Assembly: GCA_040954595.2 (NCBI GenBank)
Contig: CM082577.2
Span: 5,444,301 to 5,508,300 of the forward strand
From: Balanoglossus misakiensis
Lineage: Eukaryota; Animalia; Hemichordata
Reading direction: 5' to 3'
DNA: 64,000 nt
Shown here: positions 1 to 13,975 of the stretch, piece after piece
Numbering within the stretch: the stretch's first letter is position 1
How the letters are laid out: each line of letters starts with the position of its first letter
Translations under genes and position numbers: made by a program
Notes under the pieces: model-generated
Databases searched by the model: none
Told to the model about the DNA's origin: nothing
What the model saw: the letters and a program-made list of their open reading frames with translations, nothing else

Positions 1-988
1 TGGTCACGTGACATAGGTGAAACCCGAGTCCGGTCCTTGGAGTCCAGCTGATGATTGAATGGCGGCGCTTTTCCGAATTTGCAACTATTTGATCGTTGGA
101 CGACACAGACACCTGTCGCACCTTCACTGAAAATATTAAGTGAACGACTGCGGAGATACGAAGAACTCTGATTTTCGCCCCATTCTCGGTAAAGAATGTA
201 TCTTTTCGCCTGTGTTAGTAGCTAATGCAGTCTGCACGGGAAACACAAGAACGTAACCGACTCTAATATGACCAAAGCACTCAATCACCCCACAGACACA
301 CACTTACAATCTGTACTCTCATAGAATTGTTTTAATTCTCTACATAGTACACATAAAAATCCAGGGACACGTATACCTAGAAAATACACACGGTCGGCAT
401 GCACCCCTGGCTGGTTTTATTGAATCCCGCAACCTTAATGATCGGATTAAAGTATCTCGAGTAGCTAGCGTAATTCCCGGCAAGCTGGTCATTTGAAAAC
501 CACCCAGGCACGTCTTACCTAATCTCCCCATCGATTTACTGAGTGACTTAGTCTCCGTGTCTGGGAGAAATAAATGAGTGCGCGGTCTGCTCGTTGTTCG
601 TTTCAGATCCCAATCGGGTCAACCTGACCGGAGCGAAGAACTCTAAAATGCTCGGTGTCAGGAACACTCACATCTGATGTTGATGTTTGAAGTAATTGCC
701 TGTAAAATGCAGCCAAAAGTTGCGGCTAACGAGGCGTGTCACACGTGATTTGGATGCAGTATTATATACGTAGCTAGCTATAAGACCATTTATGTGAATA
801 TGCGACCGATAAATGTTGCAATGCGACTGTAATGAGTTATACGTGTATATCACACGACCCCGACAGTCGGGACATGTTCTTTGACACTGACCTTTGCCAT
901 GCGCACTATTCGAGGCCATAGGCCTGGTTCTGAAATTGTATTTCCTGGTCTACTTTTCATAAAGCGAAGTTTGTTCTTATTTCACTAG

Positions 989-1762
989 ATCGACCAGATA
1001 TCCAGGTCTACCTACATACACAATGGAGACAACGACACGGTAAGTGTTTTAAAGTAGAGGTAACAATATCACCATTATAGTGAGATTTTTCGCCGTGTTG
1101 GCGCTTTTACGAAGCGGGGTAAACAAAATTTTCTTTCCATTTTCTTTTGACCTATGAGTTTATTACTTTTTATTTTTAGTATGTTCAAGGTTACAAAACC
1201 TACATGTACAGCATGGTGACCGAATTGGGTGTGGACGAAGATAACGCGACCAGGTTCGTCGAAGAAGTCTTCGAATTCGAACGACAACTGAACAATGTAG
1301 GTATATTGTACTATTTAGCTCAACTGCGCGCCACAAAGTCGAGTTTTAAAGTAAGGAACCCCGAGGGAAAAGTCCCTGGTACTACCAGCTGTGGTCGTAG
1401 CAAAGCTTATCGGCCTTTGCGTGATGAATCCAATGCAATCAATTCAGCCTGGTACTTGCGCAATTGGAATTTAAATACTGTGTGTTCTCGTGGTCATCAT
1501 GAACCTGGGGGATCTGCCCAGGTGCGTAGCGGAAAGTGTCCCTATTACTAGGCAAAGACACCCCCCCCCCCCCGTGCAAAGGGGAAGGTCAACCGTACAA
1601 ATGTACAATATGTCAGACGTTTAATTAGTCACTTTTTTACATTTCTTTCAGTTATCTCTTCCAAATTCACTGCGAGTAGACCCAGTAGAGCGATATAACT
1701 CCATGACGTTCGATGAACTGACAGCGATGACTCCATCGGTGGGTTATGTACAATGTATGTAT

Positions 1763-1834
<72 letters not shown>

Positions 1835-4800
1835 ATGTATGTATGTATGTATGAATGTATGTATGTATGTATGTATGTATGTATGTATGTATGTATGTAT
1901 GTATGTATGTATGTATGTATGTATGTATGTATGTATGTATGTATGAATGTATGTATGTATGTATGTATGTATGTATGCATGACAATCATCCACAAATGAA
2001 AAATTTTCGACTTTCCGAAATTTCAAAATTTCTTCATTTTTTGAAAAAATCATGGGTTATAGCTCATGAAAATCATCCACAAATTACAATTTTTCCACTT
2101 TCCGAAATTTCAAAATTTCTTCATTTTTTGAAAAAATCATGGGTTATAGCTCATGAAAATCATCCACAAATGACAATTTTTCCACTTTCCGAAATTTCAA
2201 AATTTCTTCATTTTTTGAAAAAAATCATGGGTTATAGCTCATGAAAATCATCCACATATGACAATTTTTCCACTTTCCGAAATTTCAAAATTTCTTCATT
2301 TTTTGACAAAATCATGGGTTATAGCTCATGAAAATCATCCACAAATGACAATTTTTCCACTTTCCGAAATTTCAAAATTTCTTCATTTTTTGAAAAAAAT
2401 CATGGGTTATAGCTCATGAAAATCATCCACAAATGACAATTTTTCGACTTTCCGAAATTTCAAAATTTCTACATTTTTTGAAAAAATCATGGGTTATAGC
2501 TCATGAAAATCATCCACAAATGACAATTTTTCCACTTTCCGAAATTTCAAAATTTCTTCATTTTTTGAAAAAATCATGGATTATAGCTCATGAAAATCAT
2601 CCACAAATGACAATTTTTCCACTTTCCGAAATTTCAAAATTTCTTCATTTTTTGAAAAAATCATGGGTTATAGCTCATGAAAATCATCCACAAATGACAA
2701 TTTTTCCACTTTCCGAAATTTCAAAATTTCTTCATTTTTTGAAAAAATCATGGGTTATAGCTCATGAAAATCATCCACAAATGACAATTTTTCCACTTTC
2801 CGAAATTTCAAAATTTCTTCATTTTTTGAAAAAAATCATGGGTTATAGCTCATGAAAATCATCCACAAATGACAATTTTTCCACTTTCCGAAATTTCAAA
2901 ATTTCTTCATTTTTTGAAAAAATCATGGGTTATAGCTCATGAAAATCATCCACAAATGACAATTTTTCCACTTTCCGAAATTTCAAAATTTCTTCATTTT
3001 TTGACAAAATCATGGGTTATAGCTCATGAAATCATCCACAAATGACAATTTTTCCACTTTCCGAAATTTAAAAATTTCTTCATTTTTTGACAAAATCATG
3101 GGTTATAGCTCATGAAAATCATCCCCAAATGACAATTTTACGACTTTCCGAAACTTCAAAATTTCTTCATTTTTTGAAAAAATCATGGGTTATAGCTCAT
3201 GAAAATCATCCACAAATGACAATTTTTCGACTTTCCGAAATTTCAAAATTTCTACATTTTTTGAAAAAATCATGGGTTATAGCTCATGAAAATCATCCAC
3301 AAATGACAATTTTTCCACTTTCCGAAATTTCAAAATTTCTTCATTTTTTGAAAAAATCATGGATTATAGCTCATGAAAATCATCCACAAATGACAATTTT
3401 TCCACTTTCCGAAATTTCAAAATTTCTTCATTTTTTGAAAAAATCATGGGTTATAGCTCATGAAAATCATCCACAAATGACAATTTTTCCACTTTCCGAA
3501 ATTTCAAAATTTCTTCATTTTTTGAAAAAATCATGGGTTATAGCTCATGAAAATCATCCACAAATGACAATTTTTCCACTTTCCGAAATTTCAAAATTTC
3601 TTCATTTTTTGAAAAAAATCATGGGTTATAGCTCATGAAAATCATCCACAAATGACAATTTTTCCACTTTCCGAAATTTCAAAATTTCTTCATTTTTTGA
3701 AAAAATCATGGGTTATAGCTCATGAAAATCATCCACAAATGACAATTTTTCCACTTTCCGAAATTTCAAAATTTCTTCATTTTTTTGAAAAAAATCATGG
3801 GTTATAGCTCATGAAAATCATCCACAAATGACAATTTTTCCACTTTCCGAAATTTCAAAATTTCTTCATTTTTTGAAAAAATCATGGGTTATAGCTCATG
3901 AAAATCATCCACAAATGACAATTTTTCGACTTTCCGAAATTTCAAAATTTCTTCATTTTTTGAAAAAATCATGGGTTATAGCTCATGAAAATCATCCACA
4001 AATGACAATTTTTCCACTTTCCGAAATTTCAAAATTTCTTCATTTTTTGAAAAAAATCATGGGTTATGCTCATGAAATCATCCACAAATGACAATTTTTC
4101 CACTTTCCGAAATTTCAAAATTTCTTCATTTTTTGAAAAAATCATGGGTTATAGCTCATGAAAATCATCCACAAATGACAATTTTTCGACTTTCCGAAAT
4201 TTCAAAATTTCTTCATTTTTTGAAAAAATCATGGGTTATAGCTCATGAAAATCATCCACAAATGACAATTTTTCCACTTTCCGAAATTTCAAAATTTCTT
4301 CATTTTTTGAAAAAAATCATGGGTTATAGCTCATGAAAATCATCCACAAATGACAATTTTTCCACTTTCCGAAATTTCAAAATTTCTTCATTTTTTGACA
4401 AAATCATGGGTTATAGCTCATGAAATCATCCACAAATGACAATTTTTCCACTTTCCGAAATTTAAAAATTTCTTCATTTTTTGACAAAATCATGGGTTAT
4501 AGCTCATGAAAATCATCCCCAAATGACAATTTTACGACTTTCCGAAACTTCAAAATTTCTTCATTTTTTGAAAAAATCATGGGTTATAGCTCATGAAAAT
4601 CATCCACAAATGACAATTTTTCGACTTTCCGAAATTTCAAAATTTCTACATTTTTTGAAAAAATCATGGGTTATAGCTCGTGAAAATCATCCACAAATGA
4701 CAATTTTTCCACTTTCCGAAATTTCAAAATTTCTTCATTTTTTGAAAAAATCATGGATTATAGCTCATGAAAATCATCCACAAATGACAATTTTTCCACT

Positions 4801-6584
4801 TTCCGAAATTTCAAAATTTCTTCATTTTTTGAAAAAATCATGGGTTATAGCTCATGAAAATCATCCACAAATGACAATTTTTCCACTTTCCGAAATTTCA
4901 AAATTTCTTCATTTTTTGAAAAAATCATGGGTTATAGCTCATGAAAATCATCCACAAATGACAATTTTTCCACTTTCCGAAATTTCAAAATTTCTTCATT
5001 TTTTGAAAAAAATCATGGGTTATAGCTCATGAAAATCATCCACAAATGACAATTTTTCCACTTTCCGAAATTTCAAAATTTCTTCATTTTTTGAAAAAAT
5101 CATGGGTTATAGCTCATGAAAATCATCCACAAATGACAATTTTTCCACTTTCCGAAATTTCAAAATTTCTTCATTTTTTTGAAAAAAATCATGGGTTATA
5201 GCTCATGAAAATCATCCACAAATGACAATTTTTCCACTTTCCGAAATTTCAAAATTTCTTCATTTTTTGAAAAAATCATGGGTTATAGCTCATGAAAATC
5301 ATCCACAAATGACAATTTTTCGACTTTCCGAAATTTCAAAATTTCTTCATTTTTTGAAAAAATCATGGGTTATAGCTCATGAAAATCATCCACAAATGAC
5401 AATTTTTCCACTTTCCGAAATTTCAAAATTTCTTCATTTTTTGAAAAAAATCATGGGTTATGCTCATGAAATCATCCACAAATGACAATTTTTCCACTTT
5501 CCGAAATTTCAAAATTTCTTCATTTTTTGAAAAAATCATGGGTTATAGCTCATGAAAATCATCCACAAATGACAATTTTTCCACTTTCCGAACTTTCAAA
5601 ATTTCTTAATTTTTTGACAAAATCATGGGTTATAGCTCATGAAAATCATCCACAAATGACAATTTTTCGACTTTCCGAAATTTCAAAATTTCTTCATTTT
5701 TTGACAAAATCATGAAAATCATCCACAAATGACAATTTTTCCACTTTCCGAAATTTCAAAATTTCTTCATTTTTTGAAAAAAATCATGGGTTATGCTCAT
5801 GAAATCATCCACAAATGACAATTTTTCCACTTTCCGAAATTTCAAAATTTCTTCATTTTTTGACAAAATCATGGGTTATAGCTCATGAAAATCATCCACA
5901 AATGACAATTTTTCCACTTTCCGAAATTTCAAAATTTCTTCATTTTTTGAAAAAATCATGGGTTATAGCTCATGAAAATCATCCACAAATGACAATTTTT
6001 CGACTTTCCGAAATTTCAAAATTTCTTCATTTTTTGAAAAAATCATGGGTTATAGCTCATGAAAATGATCCACAAATGACAATTTTTCCACTTTCCGAAC
6101 TTTCAAAATTTCTTCATTTTTTGACAAAATCATGGGTTATAGCTCATGAAATCATCCACAAATGACAATTTTTCCACTTTCCGAAATTTCAAAATTTCTT
6201 CATTTTTTGAAAAAATCATGGGTTATAGCTCATGAAAATCATCCACATATGACAATTTTTCCACTTTCCGAAATTTCAAAATTTCTTCATTTTTTGAAAA
6301 AAATCATGGGTTATAGCTCATGAAAATCATCCACAAATGACAGTTTTTCAACTTTCCGAAATTTCAAAATTTCTTCATTTTTTGAAAAAATCATGGGTAA
6401 TAGCTCATGAAAATCATCCCCAAATGACAATATTACGACTTTCCGAAACTTCAAAATTTCTTCATTTTTTGAAAAAATCATGGGTTATAGCTCATGAAAA
6501 TCATCCACAAATGACAATTTTTCGACTTGTATGTATGTATGTATGTATGTATGTATGTATGTATGTATGTATGTATGTATGTAC

Positions 6585-6615
<31 letters not shown>

Positions 6616-9600
6616 TGTATGTATGTATGTATGTATGTATGTATGTATGTATGTATGTATGTATGTATGTATGTATGTATGTATGTATGTATGTATGTAT
6701 GTATGTATGTATGTATGTATGTATGTATGTATGTATGTATGTATGTATGTATGTATGTATGTATGTGTATGTGTGTATGTATCTGTATAGAGCAGAAGTC
6801 TTCAAAGATAATTTTAATTAATACTCATCTCTGTTATTTTTCATACTGCGTTTCCCTTTTCCAGTTTTTCATTTTAGATAATCTCAATATTTACTACGAA
6901 CAACCAATCGATGGCTCCGACGACTTGGTGTGTTACGGCCCTGAATATCTTGAGCCAGCCAACCAGTTAGTTGATGCTACAGACGACAGGTAGGCCTGTC
7001 TTTACAAATTGTGTATATACACGTGCAGAGTACCGGGTATACAAAATTGAATATTCCATGAATTTTATGACCCATTACAACCAATACATATATTCCTCTT
7101 CTTCATCCGGTAGGATTTTACACAATTTTATGATGTGGAAACTGTTTGACTCTGTGGCTTACTACTTGTCCAAACCGTTCCGGGATTACTACACGCGGTT
7201 CAATAACTTGGTGCAAGGGAAGACCGGGCGGAGTGATCGTTGGAAAGATTGCCAGAATGAATGTAACAGCGTTTTTGACATGGCGGTGGGCGCCATGTTT
7301 GTCCGTGAAGCATTCTCAGAAGAAAGTAAAGAAGACGTGAGTCTAAACTTATTCAGTATCACTATCAAAGCATGTGCATGAGTAACATAATAGTGACACA
7401 TGAAACCATGTCCGGAATAGTCCACTATTGGAGTTACTGTATACATAAGGATGTAGTTTGCGCCAGTTTTTCTTTGTAATTATGCACATTGGCCTATGCT
7501 AACTCTCTCGAATCCTATCTCCATTTCAGCTGACGAAAATGGTAGAATCAATAAAAGATATCTTTGTAGATCGACTTCCTGGAATAGAGTGGATGGATGA
7601 CCCTTCCAGGGAAAAGGCCAAAGTCAAGGTCAGTGAGGCTTTATGGAATCCAAAGGTCTACCATTTTATCGTTATGTGTATCATTATATGTGTCATTAAA
7701 CATTCCAACAAAATCTCTTCTCTTGTCGAACAGGCTGATTACATGACCTACGAAATTGGATATCCGGATTACATCCTGGACCCGGTGGAGTTAGACAAAC
7801 GCTGGGAGGGCGTGAGTACATACATTTGTATCAGCTCCTTTCATCCAGAGTTCAATCATACATACAAATAGATAGCTGAACTAGGGAAGAGTCCCCCCCC
7901 CCCTTTATCCCTTGCTTTGTGAATTCAGATTGTTTTATATGACTCTCGTTTCAGTACGAGGTTGACACGCTGGCATTCTTTAATAACTCCTTGAGCTATC
8001 GGAAATACTATAACGAGAGAATTATGGGTGGGATTTACCTGCCGCCGGATCCTGACGAGTGAGTAATGAACTTATGTAGTCACTTTTAGTGCGTGTGCTC
8101 GGAGAACAGTCGTTTATCCAAATTTTGATATAAAGCACTAATACTCCTTTTGTTTATTCTGCCCAGAATATATTTTTTTAAACAAAATAACTCCATGTTG
8201 CCATGCAGGTAACATACAAAAGAAATGGATAAGCTACACCATGTACATGTACATATAAATTTGCCGTGTTGATTTATAATTTGTTTACTTGTTTGTTTGT
8301 TTGTTTGTTTGTTTGTTTGTTTGTTTCCCTTCCAGGTGGTATATGCCGCCACAGATTGTGAATGCGTATTATGACCCATCTTCCAACAGTATGAGTAAGT
8401 GATTCCAAAAGTCGTATATATAAATCTGATTCGGACCTGCCCTTCAAACATTTGCGGGGAGTTTCTATTTGGACCAAAACGAACAAAATTCAACCACAAG
8501 ACAAAACCGAACGATTTCCCAGTATCGCCATTAGGCCCAACAGTTGTGTGCGAAAGTGAAACAGGTTATTTTGCTGTTTTCTGTTTTCCTTTGTAGCTTA
8601 CCTGGCGGGCATTTTGCAGACACCTATGTATGATCCCGTCTTTACAATGTGAGTTTCGTTTACTTCAAGTGTACTGCAATTTTGTCCTGGATGAATTGGT
8701 ATCGGCATTGGCAGAGAAAAGATTTTGCACGTTCAAGCACATGTCAAGCGATTATGATATAATACATTTGTATATGATATAACGATATGATATGATCAAA
8801 ATAATGATCAATCATACACTAAACAACAAAAAGTATCTCTTTACGAAATATGACATCGCGCACATCTGTATTCACATAGTACTTCAAAATGTCTATGTTT
8901 TATGCACTCATATGGACGAAAATATTAAATCGCTGCACATTCTAGGTCGGTGAACTATGGCGCCATTGGTATGGTGATGGGACACGAATTGACCCATGGC
9001 TTCGACACGATAGGTAAGCAGTTTGATAAGTCAAGTACATATGATAAGTCGTCATTAAAATACAATAGGCTGGTAGTTATTATTATTACCTAAATTTACA
9101 AATCGCATACCTTAGGTCATAGGTAACAGTGATACAAAGGGAGTCAGTGGTCGTAATGGACACTATGTGATAGCAGACGTTAGCCGGAATGTGATAAGAA
9201 TTTACAGCATATTGTTTGCGTTGTAACTATAATAGTCCTCAAATTGCTTATTTGCATATCTGGTCAGGGATTTTGCACTGCGCACCTGTTCAGTTTGCAC
9301 GGATACTTGAATACGGAGTAAATTCTGCTTCTGTTTTCGTTTTGTCTTATAGGAGGGCAGTATAATCACCTGGGCGCCTTGGTTCCTGGAGGTTGGTACA
9401 CCAATTATACTACCCAGGGCTTCAATGAAGCAACACAGTGTGTTGTTGATCTGTATAACGGCTACTGTCTGCCCGAGGTTGGCTGTGTAAGTTTTGTCGT
9501 CGTCGTTGGTTGAGATTTGTGAGAATGTTGCCCTATGTTATATAAAAACAAACAAACAAAAGAAGTACTTTGTCTAAGGTTTGTACTTCTACAACTATTT

Positions 9601-11135
9601 TATGAACATGTCGTATATGTCGTCAAATTGCAGATCAACGGAGAATTGACAAAGTCAGAAAACATCGCCGATTTAGGAGGTATCCAACAAGCTTACTATG
9701 TAAGTTGTCCTCGTTTTTATTGTGCTAGCGATGTTTTGCGATGTCACTCATAAGTACATCCACAATTGATGAGAAAATCCGATTCTTGCAAAAGTGACTT
9801 TAACAGAATTTGTGATTGTGTTCCGTCAAAATTAGGCTTACAAGGAATATTATGTCAAACAAGTCGGCGAAGAGGGACGGCTGCCAGGATTCAACAACCA
9901 CGAAGAGGCGCTCTTTCTGGGATTTGCACAGGTAGGCCTATATATGAGGATCCATTTAGGGTCTATCAATGTGAAATTTGCTAAAGTCAATTATACTATT
10001 ACTGAATCCTTGGATATTTTTGAATTCATTATTACCGATACGAAATAAGGCTCTTTAACGCCGAAAGTGATTAATGTGCGGGTTGCGGGCTGCGGGTTGC
10101 GGGCTGCGGGTTGACAATGAATAAAAATAAAATCAGAATAAAAATCGCAGCGATGATCGAATGCATCTCTGTGTCACGCTGTGGTTGTGAAATGATCTGA
10201 TATAAGGCTGATATGTTCGGATCGACATGGTTTCCATGCAGGGGCTGATTATTCCCACGGACAGCTAGCTGCGGGCAAAACCCCATTCTATATCGTGCAG
10301 TTGCAACGACCCGACTTGTGTAGGAACATTTGAACGGCAACAGAAAGCAAAGTGAGCGTAATTCAATAAAACGACCTATACAAGCCTGAACTCTGATTAT
10401 TTCTGGTCCCAAAACTCATTTCGTGAAAAACTCACTGGACTCAGTGTTTACGTATTTCAGCGAGTACTACCGCTGGAAGTGACTGGGATTATGGCCGATT
10501 AATTTATGCTAATGAGGCCGCGCACACAGTAGTGAGTGTGAGGGTCAAAGTCCGCTGCCGGAGTTGTGGCGCAAATCGCGTAAATTGAACTTCTGGGAGG
10601 CAATCATTTGATCGTTTCTGTTGACATATAATATTATTATTCTTTCATTATCAAAACACAACCATATTTTACGACCCGCAATCGGCGACCCGCAACCCGC
10701 AGCCCGCAATTTAACGCTTCCCTTTAAGGCCGTTGTGTCGTTACTAGGGATGGTGCACGAAGTACACCAAAGAATATCTGGAAATTTTGCTGCAAGCCGA
10801 CCCACACTCTCCGGCCATGTACAGGTAATGGCTACAAACGTTTCAGGGACAGCATAGCTATTAAGCGTATTTGTAACAACACAGGAGGTCGTTGTGTTGA
10901 TACCAGCAAAAGGAGAATTATTTACTATGGAATACATATTTGTTTTGCGATTCATTCCAAAATGGCCGCCTATACCAATTTGCCAATACTCATACAGACA
11001 GTGCTCGATTTTGCCACCTTTCTCGGTCTTTACAGGGTGATTGGTCCGCTCTCACAGTTTGAAGAATTCGCCAGAGTCTACAACTGCCCGGCTGACAGTT
11101 TCATGAACCCAGAAGAGAGATGTTCCGTTTGGTAA
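989..11135 (+). CDS. M13 family zinc metallopeptidase (neprilysin/endothelin-converting enzyme-like), 5'-partial, multi-exon
   Basis: GT-AG exons join in frame: 989-1039, 1180-1296, 1652-1738, 6865-6989, 7114-7336, 7530-7628, 7734-7811, 7955-8058, 8336-8394, 8597-8648, 8946-9013, 9353-9486, 9634-9699, 9836-9931, 10748-10824, 11036-11135 (TAA). Motifs: [33 protein letters not shown] (HExxH), [16 protein letters not shown]-terminal [10 protein letters not shown]. No N-terminal exons found in the window. Confidence 0.93.
1755..1976. repeat. (GT)n followed by (ATGT)n microsatellite
   Basis: Directly visible at the 5' end of the neprilysin intron 1739-6864. Confidence 0.97.
1977..6527. repeat. 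87-bp-monomer tandem satellite array (~52 copies) with higher-order structure
   Basis: Unit ATGAAAATCATCCACAAATGACAATTTTTCCACTTTCCGAAATTTCAAAATTTCTTCATTTTTTGAAAAAATCATGGGTTATAGCTC (86-88 bp). Variant-defined blocks recur at 1394-bp spacing (spurious ORFs 3087/4481 and 3828/5222). Confidence 0.97.
6528..6782. repeat. (ATGT)n microsatellite
   Basis: Directly visible; abuts the right end of the satellite array. Confidence 0.97.
8281..8326. repeat. (TTTG)n microsatellite next to a splice acceptor
   Basis: TTTG repeats just before the acceptor at 8334-8335. Confidence 0.85.
10063..10722. mobile_element. Non-autonomous DNA transposon/MITE-like insertion with imperfect TIRs and inverted TGCGGGY heptamer arrays
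   Basis: Left end GAAAGTGATTAATG followed by TGCGGGY repeats; right end CCCGCA repeats followed by ATTTAACGCTTCC is its imperfect reverse complement. Lies in neprilysin intron 9932-10747; no coding capacity. Confidence 0.65.
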
Positions 11136-13751
11136 AACTATCTTCAGGCACAGAACGGGACCGTGCACATCTCCTCTCCATAGATATTTATAAAGATTGA
11201 ATCTTTCAACTCTACTTCCAACTCCTTTCTCGTTTCTCCAAGTCTAGCCAGATCTCCGAAAGATCCCCATCCTGTAAAATGAACCTAACATATCGTTTTA
11301 TTTGTTTACTAGATGTCGTAAATATTTAGAGGAAAGCGACTTCATCTGACAGCAACTTCTTTGTCGTCTGCACAAAATATTCAAAACATTGGCCACGTGA
11401 TCTTCTTCGCTCGGAATGTGTCGTGTCCCTTTTGCGTAGTTTGGTGCGTCACCAGAGTTGGAACGTGATTTTGTCAGGTTTAAGACTTGTGGTTATCAAG
11501 ATGAGTCACAATTTAATTGAAAAATACACGTAAATACAGTCATGAAAATAACAGACGTGTTCATTGTTTGTGTCACTGTTTGCGGTTGTTTGGGCATGTT
11601 ACCCATGACCTTTAGCTTACTTGTCAATGGATGTCAATACATATACAATTTTCGAGAACCGTCATTGGATAATAATAAAAATTGAAATGCTTGGTCAAAA
11701 CTGATGGCGTGTGAGTTATTGGTGGTATAACCGCGTGTATCATGTGTATGCGAGTTTGGTGTAACCGTGTGCGAATCTACAGAGGAATTCCTCGAGCGCT
11801 AACCATTGATTTTAAGATATTTTATAGTGGGCGTGCTTCTTTAAGAGGAAAAAACGACGCTTGTAATCCGCATCTTAAAAGGAACAACACTGAACAGTAC
11901 TAGCTTTCTTTCATTTTATTTACTATTTAGATATTAAATGAAAAAAGGGAATATTAACATATTGCAGTATAAAATGTATTCAAATAAAACCATCAAAAGC
12001 AAAATTCACATCACTGACAAAACAAAATTGAAAATAACTTACAGGTTACACGTCACTGCTTATCAAAATATTCTAAAATATGCTTTGCATGATTGACAGC
12101 CAGAAAAAATAGAAACCCCAGTCTGATTGGTTGCTCACAGACAATACCATGGAGACATGAATATCCTTATTTGCATAACAAAGGTCTTCTGGTGATTGTC
12201 ACAATGAACACGCCTTCCTCTTCAGGTAATAAATGAAAATTCTCTTGTTTTATCAGAACTGCACTGCTTTTTACCCCAAAATCCAAATAAATCTCACCTG
12301 CTTTGGACAAAGTCTCGACGATAAAGCAACATATTTGAGCAGGTCTAATAATTGGATTTTTGATAAAATGACATTCAAGATCAACACTGATCATACAGCC
12401 AGTTCAAAAGAAAAAAGAATAAATCTGAGCATTTAAAAAAAATTATAACAAGAAAGTTGGACTCTGACAGAAAAATTTCAAAGCTGTAAAAACTCCAAGA
12501 TAAAGAATGTTATTGTCATATTGTTTGGTGCTACGTACTACCGGTTATTTCACAACACACACCACCTGTTAGTTTTGGAGGAAAATAGAAACGATTCTTA
12601 CAGAAGTTACTAGATTATTTTGTTTGTTGAAAAGTGCATGTGACCAGACATGTAATGCGACATAGGCACTTTATAGGAAAAACAGGAAAGTAAAAATGTC
12701 CAACGGTTCGAAGAATCTCACTCCAAGCTTAAAGGTTACAGCGGTAACTGTTTTTGAGAATTTCTCAAATCGTCTTCTGTTTATCTAAATAAAATGTCTT
12801 GTTCTACTCCCCTGGAGCACAATCTAATCAGCCAGCGGTTTTGGGGATTTGGACAAGACATCATTTTGATACACAAAACACGTTTAAAAATTTTTCACAA
12901 AAGTTAACTTTACACTCCTTATAAAAGAAAAATCCATGAAAGTATTTGCATTCAACAACTGTTTTGTTTCAACCCAGGTTATATTTGCAGAGGCCAGGCC
13001 CAGCCAGCAAGTGTTTTTACATTATCTGTTTGACCAATTTTATCCAAAACTCAGCTAACAGAAAATGAAGTCGGCAATAACTGTCGGTACACACACTTTG
13101 AAACAAACGAAATAAACCAATACCTTCATTCGAAACAGAAAAACGAGTCAAATAGATTTGAAGTAGAATCCACTCAAAAATTCTCAATTCATAGAATTTC
13201 ACTGATCAATGGAAAAACCTTCAGAAACACCTGCCAACCCAGAGTATTAAACGCACCCGCGCCCCATAAAGTACCTACCCAACGTGACAGTACCCACAAA
13301 CCACCCATCTGCCAGAGCTACCTGGAACAACCATCCCCAGAAGTACCCATTTAATAGGAGACCCATTCTACATAACACCACCCGTCCCCCAGAAGCACCC
13401 TCCCATTCAGACACCCACCCCTACACAAAAGTGACAATGCCCGATAAATTAATCATACCTATATAATAATAGTGAGTACCCACTACAATACCCAACCCCG
13501 TAACAGGACACCCATAGTAATAAACATCTATACACAACATTCGCTAAACCCAATAAGCCCATATCAACCCAATATTTTCATAGAAAGTATTCATGTTGAA
13601 ATCTTAAATATTTTTTTCTTTTTGTTCCTTTTTTGTAAAAAAAAAGAGCAAGCGTATGAAAAACTGTACATGGATGAGATTTCAGAAAAAGAACAGAGGT
13701 AAAGGAGAAATTTGTGGCAATGGTAATAAACACAGTGCGATCACTTGATAA

Positions 13752-13975
13752 TCTAGTGTGAACGTTTCACATCTAGTGTGATCACGTGTAGTGTGATCAC
13801 TTGACATCTAGTGTGACACACCCAGAGTGCCTGGTTTGTACAGTGTAATGACTTCATGTCTACTGTGATCATTACATGTCTAGTGTCAGGATGCCTACAG
13901 TTAAACTTGATAGACCATTTCACGTCTAGAGGAAGTGGCAACAAAACCTATTCCACTTCACATCTGGTGTGCTCA
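13752..13975. repeat. Degenerate short tandem repeat (ACATCTAGTGTGATCAC-like)
   Basis: Repeated ATCTAGTGTG/GTGTGATCAC words with irregular spacing. Confidence 0.55.

Noticed and set aside
1-930. CpG-richer segment that might be a transposon remnant or upstream peptidase exons
   Set aside because: No in-frame M13-like exon and no paired termini visible within the window.
1629-2053. HTYI/MYVC-repeat ORFs (also 6485-6821)
   Set aside because: Artefacts of (GT)n and (ATGT)n microsatellites.
1977-6527. Possible CRISPR array (also considered for 46447-46925)
   Set aside because: Contiguous tandem units with no unique spacers, eukaryotic context, no cas genes.
1855-6530. ORFs of repeated [29 protein letters not shown]
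   Set aside because: Translation of an 87-bp (3n) satellite inside an intron, broken by frequent 1-bp indels; not a gene.
12729-13200. TTAAAGG-start suggestive of a Kolobok/piggyBac-type element
   Set aside because: No matching inverted terminus found.
13230-13570. C/A-skewed low-complexity tract with a short Pro/Thr-rich ORF
   Set aside because: No periodicity, splice signals or recognisable protein similarity.
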